Assembly (NCBI RefSeq): GCF_035594765.1
Contig: NC_085845.1
Location: 158,240,897 to 158,304,896, forward strand
DNA: 64,000 nt
DNA from: Anolis carolinensis
Lineage: Eukaryota
Direction: 5' to 3'
How positions within the stretch are numbered: the stretch's first letter is position 1; each line of letters begins with the position of its first letter. This document shows, piece after piece, positions 63,201 to 64,000 of the stretch. The translations under genes and the position numbers were made by a program. The notes under the pieces are model-generated. The model searched no databases. It was not told where the DNA came from and worked only from the letters and a program-made list of their open reading frames with translations.

Positions 63201-63767
63201 ATTGAATACATCCCAATACTCGGAGTACTTCTTGGGCAGGGTGATGATGGGCTCGGTCTCTGTGGCATGGCAGACCTTGGCTACGAGGCAATGGTTTTGG
63301 CAGTACTTTGAAGCAAACTGTAGTTCTCTGTTGGACCAGGAGATGCTTGGGTCGTGGAGAGTCAGCCACGGGATTCCCAAAATCACAGGGAAATGGGGAA
63401 CCTCGGTAACAAAGAAGGAAATCTCTTCCATATGTTCCCTTATCCACATCCTGGTGGGTTCTGACCACTGGCTTACGGGCCCCGTCTTGAGGGGGCGGCC
63501 GTCTATGGCTTGCACCACACGGGCATTCTTGAAGTCATGATATTGTAATCCCAGAGAGTCGGCATACTCTCTGTCAATGAAGTTGTTGGTGGCTCCGGAG
63601 TCTATCATGGCGTGGATCATGACGGGTCCCCTTTTTGCTGACCATAAGGTGACCACTAGAAGGAACAGGACCCCGGTTGGCGGCTCTTGAATGGGTTTTC
63701 TGACCGGGTTGGCGAGCCTCTCTACGCCCGGTCGTTGGCTTCCCCCGCCGGCTGTGTGCCAGCCGCC
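59986..63767 (-). pseudogene. pol: Gypsy pol (protease, RT, RNase H, integrase, chromodomain) with one frameshift near 62601
   Basis: AMIDSGA, IYLDD, ADASD/EKELLAI/TDHRNL, HHCC zinc finger, D-D-E (ISADF, SDRG, QTER), GPY/F motif, FEVEDILDSR...YLIDWVGFGPEERSWE. ORFs 62541..63656 and 59986..62601 join with a 1-nt shift. Confidence 0.93.
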
Positions 63768-64000
63768 TCAGACGCCTTCGTCTCCGTGGAGGACGCCGCC
63801 GCAAGACGGGCGGCGGGCTTCCCTTTGGCTGGACACTCTCTGGCGAAGTGGCCCCCATTTCCGCAATACCAGCAGAGATTTAAGCGTTGGCGACGGGCCT
63901 TCTCGGCGGCATCTAACCTGGGTCGCACGTTGCCCAACTGCATCGGCACCTCCTCGCTCCCTCTGGGGTATGGGGTTGGTGGTGGGGGTCTCCACACTGG
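63722..64000 (-). CDS. gag: Gypsy gag C-terminus with zinc knuckle
   Basis: PMQLG...[21 protein letters not shown] (CX2CX4HX4C), TAG at 63724-63722. Confidence 0.92.
   Translation of the reverse strand, partial: PVWRPPPPTPYPRGSEEVPMQLGNVRPRLDAAEKARRQRLNLCWYCGNGGHFARECPAKGKPAARLAAASSTETKASEAAGTQPAGEANDRA

Larger units (their letters stand above)
59308..64000 (-). mobile_element. Ty3/Gypsy chromovirus LTR retrotransposon; 5' part lies beyond the window
   Basis: Domain order gag(CCHC)-PR-RT-RNaseH-IN-chromodomain, followed by PPT and 3' LTR. Confidence 0.97.

Overview
Eukaryotic (vertebrate) genomic DNA, most likely a squamate reptile. The repeat content (L2, CR1, R4/Dong, DIRS, tRNA- and 5S-derived SINEs, hAT/Mariner MITEs) looks like Anolis; this is inferred, not verified. 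The window holds the convergent 3' ends of two genes. ACSS3 (+ strand) contributes its last 7 coding exons, 8291-24213. PPFIA2/liprin-alpha2 (- strand) contributes 10 coding exons from 49589 down to the stop at 31356 (three SAM domains and the VRTYSC PDZ ligand) plus a non-coding terminal exon starting near 27852. The introns are packed with transposable elements: a degraded but structurally complete DIRS element, an R4/Dong LINE 3' end, Helitron-like elements, nested MITEs, and a near-intact chromodomain Ty3/Gypsy LTR element at the right edge. Two assembly gaps are present. I found no CRISPR, rRNA or tRNA genes and no convincing new multi-gene system. The most interesting unexplained signals are two frame-preserving candidate PPFIA2 microexons (9 nt and 18 nt, the latter next to the CASK-binding loop), a candidate ACSS3 3'UTR intron whose donor lies in a palindrome, possible overlap of the two 3'UTRs, a non-canonical -1 frameshift cassette in the Gypsy element, and several long inverted repeats.
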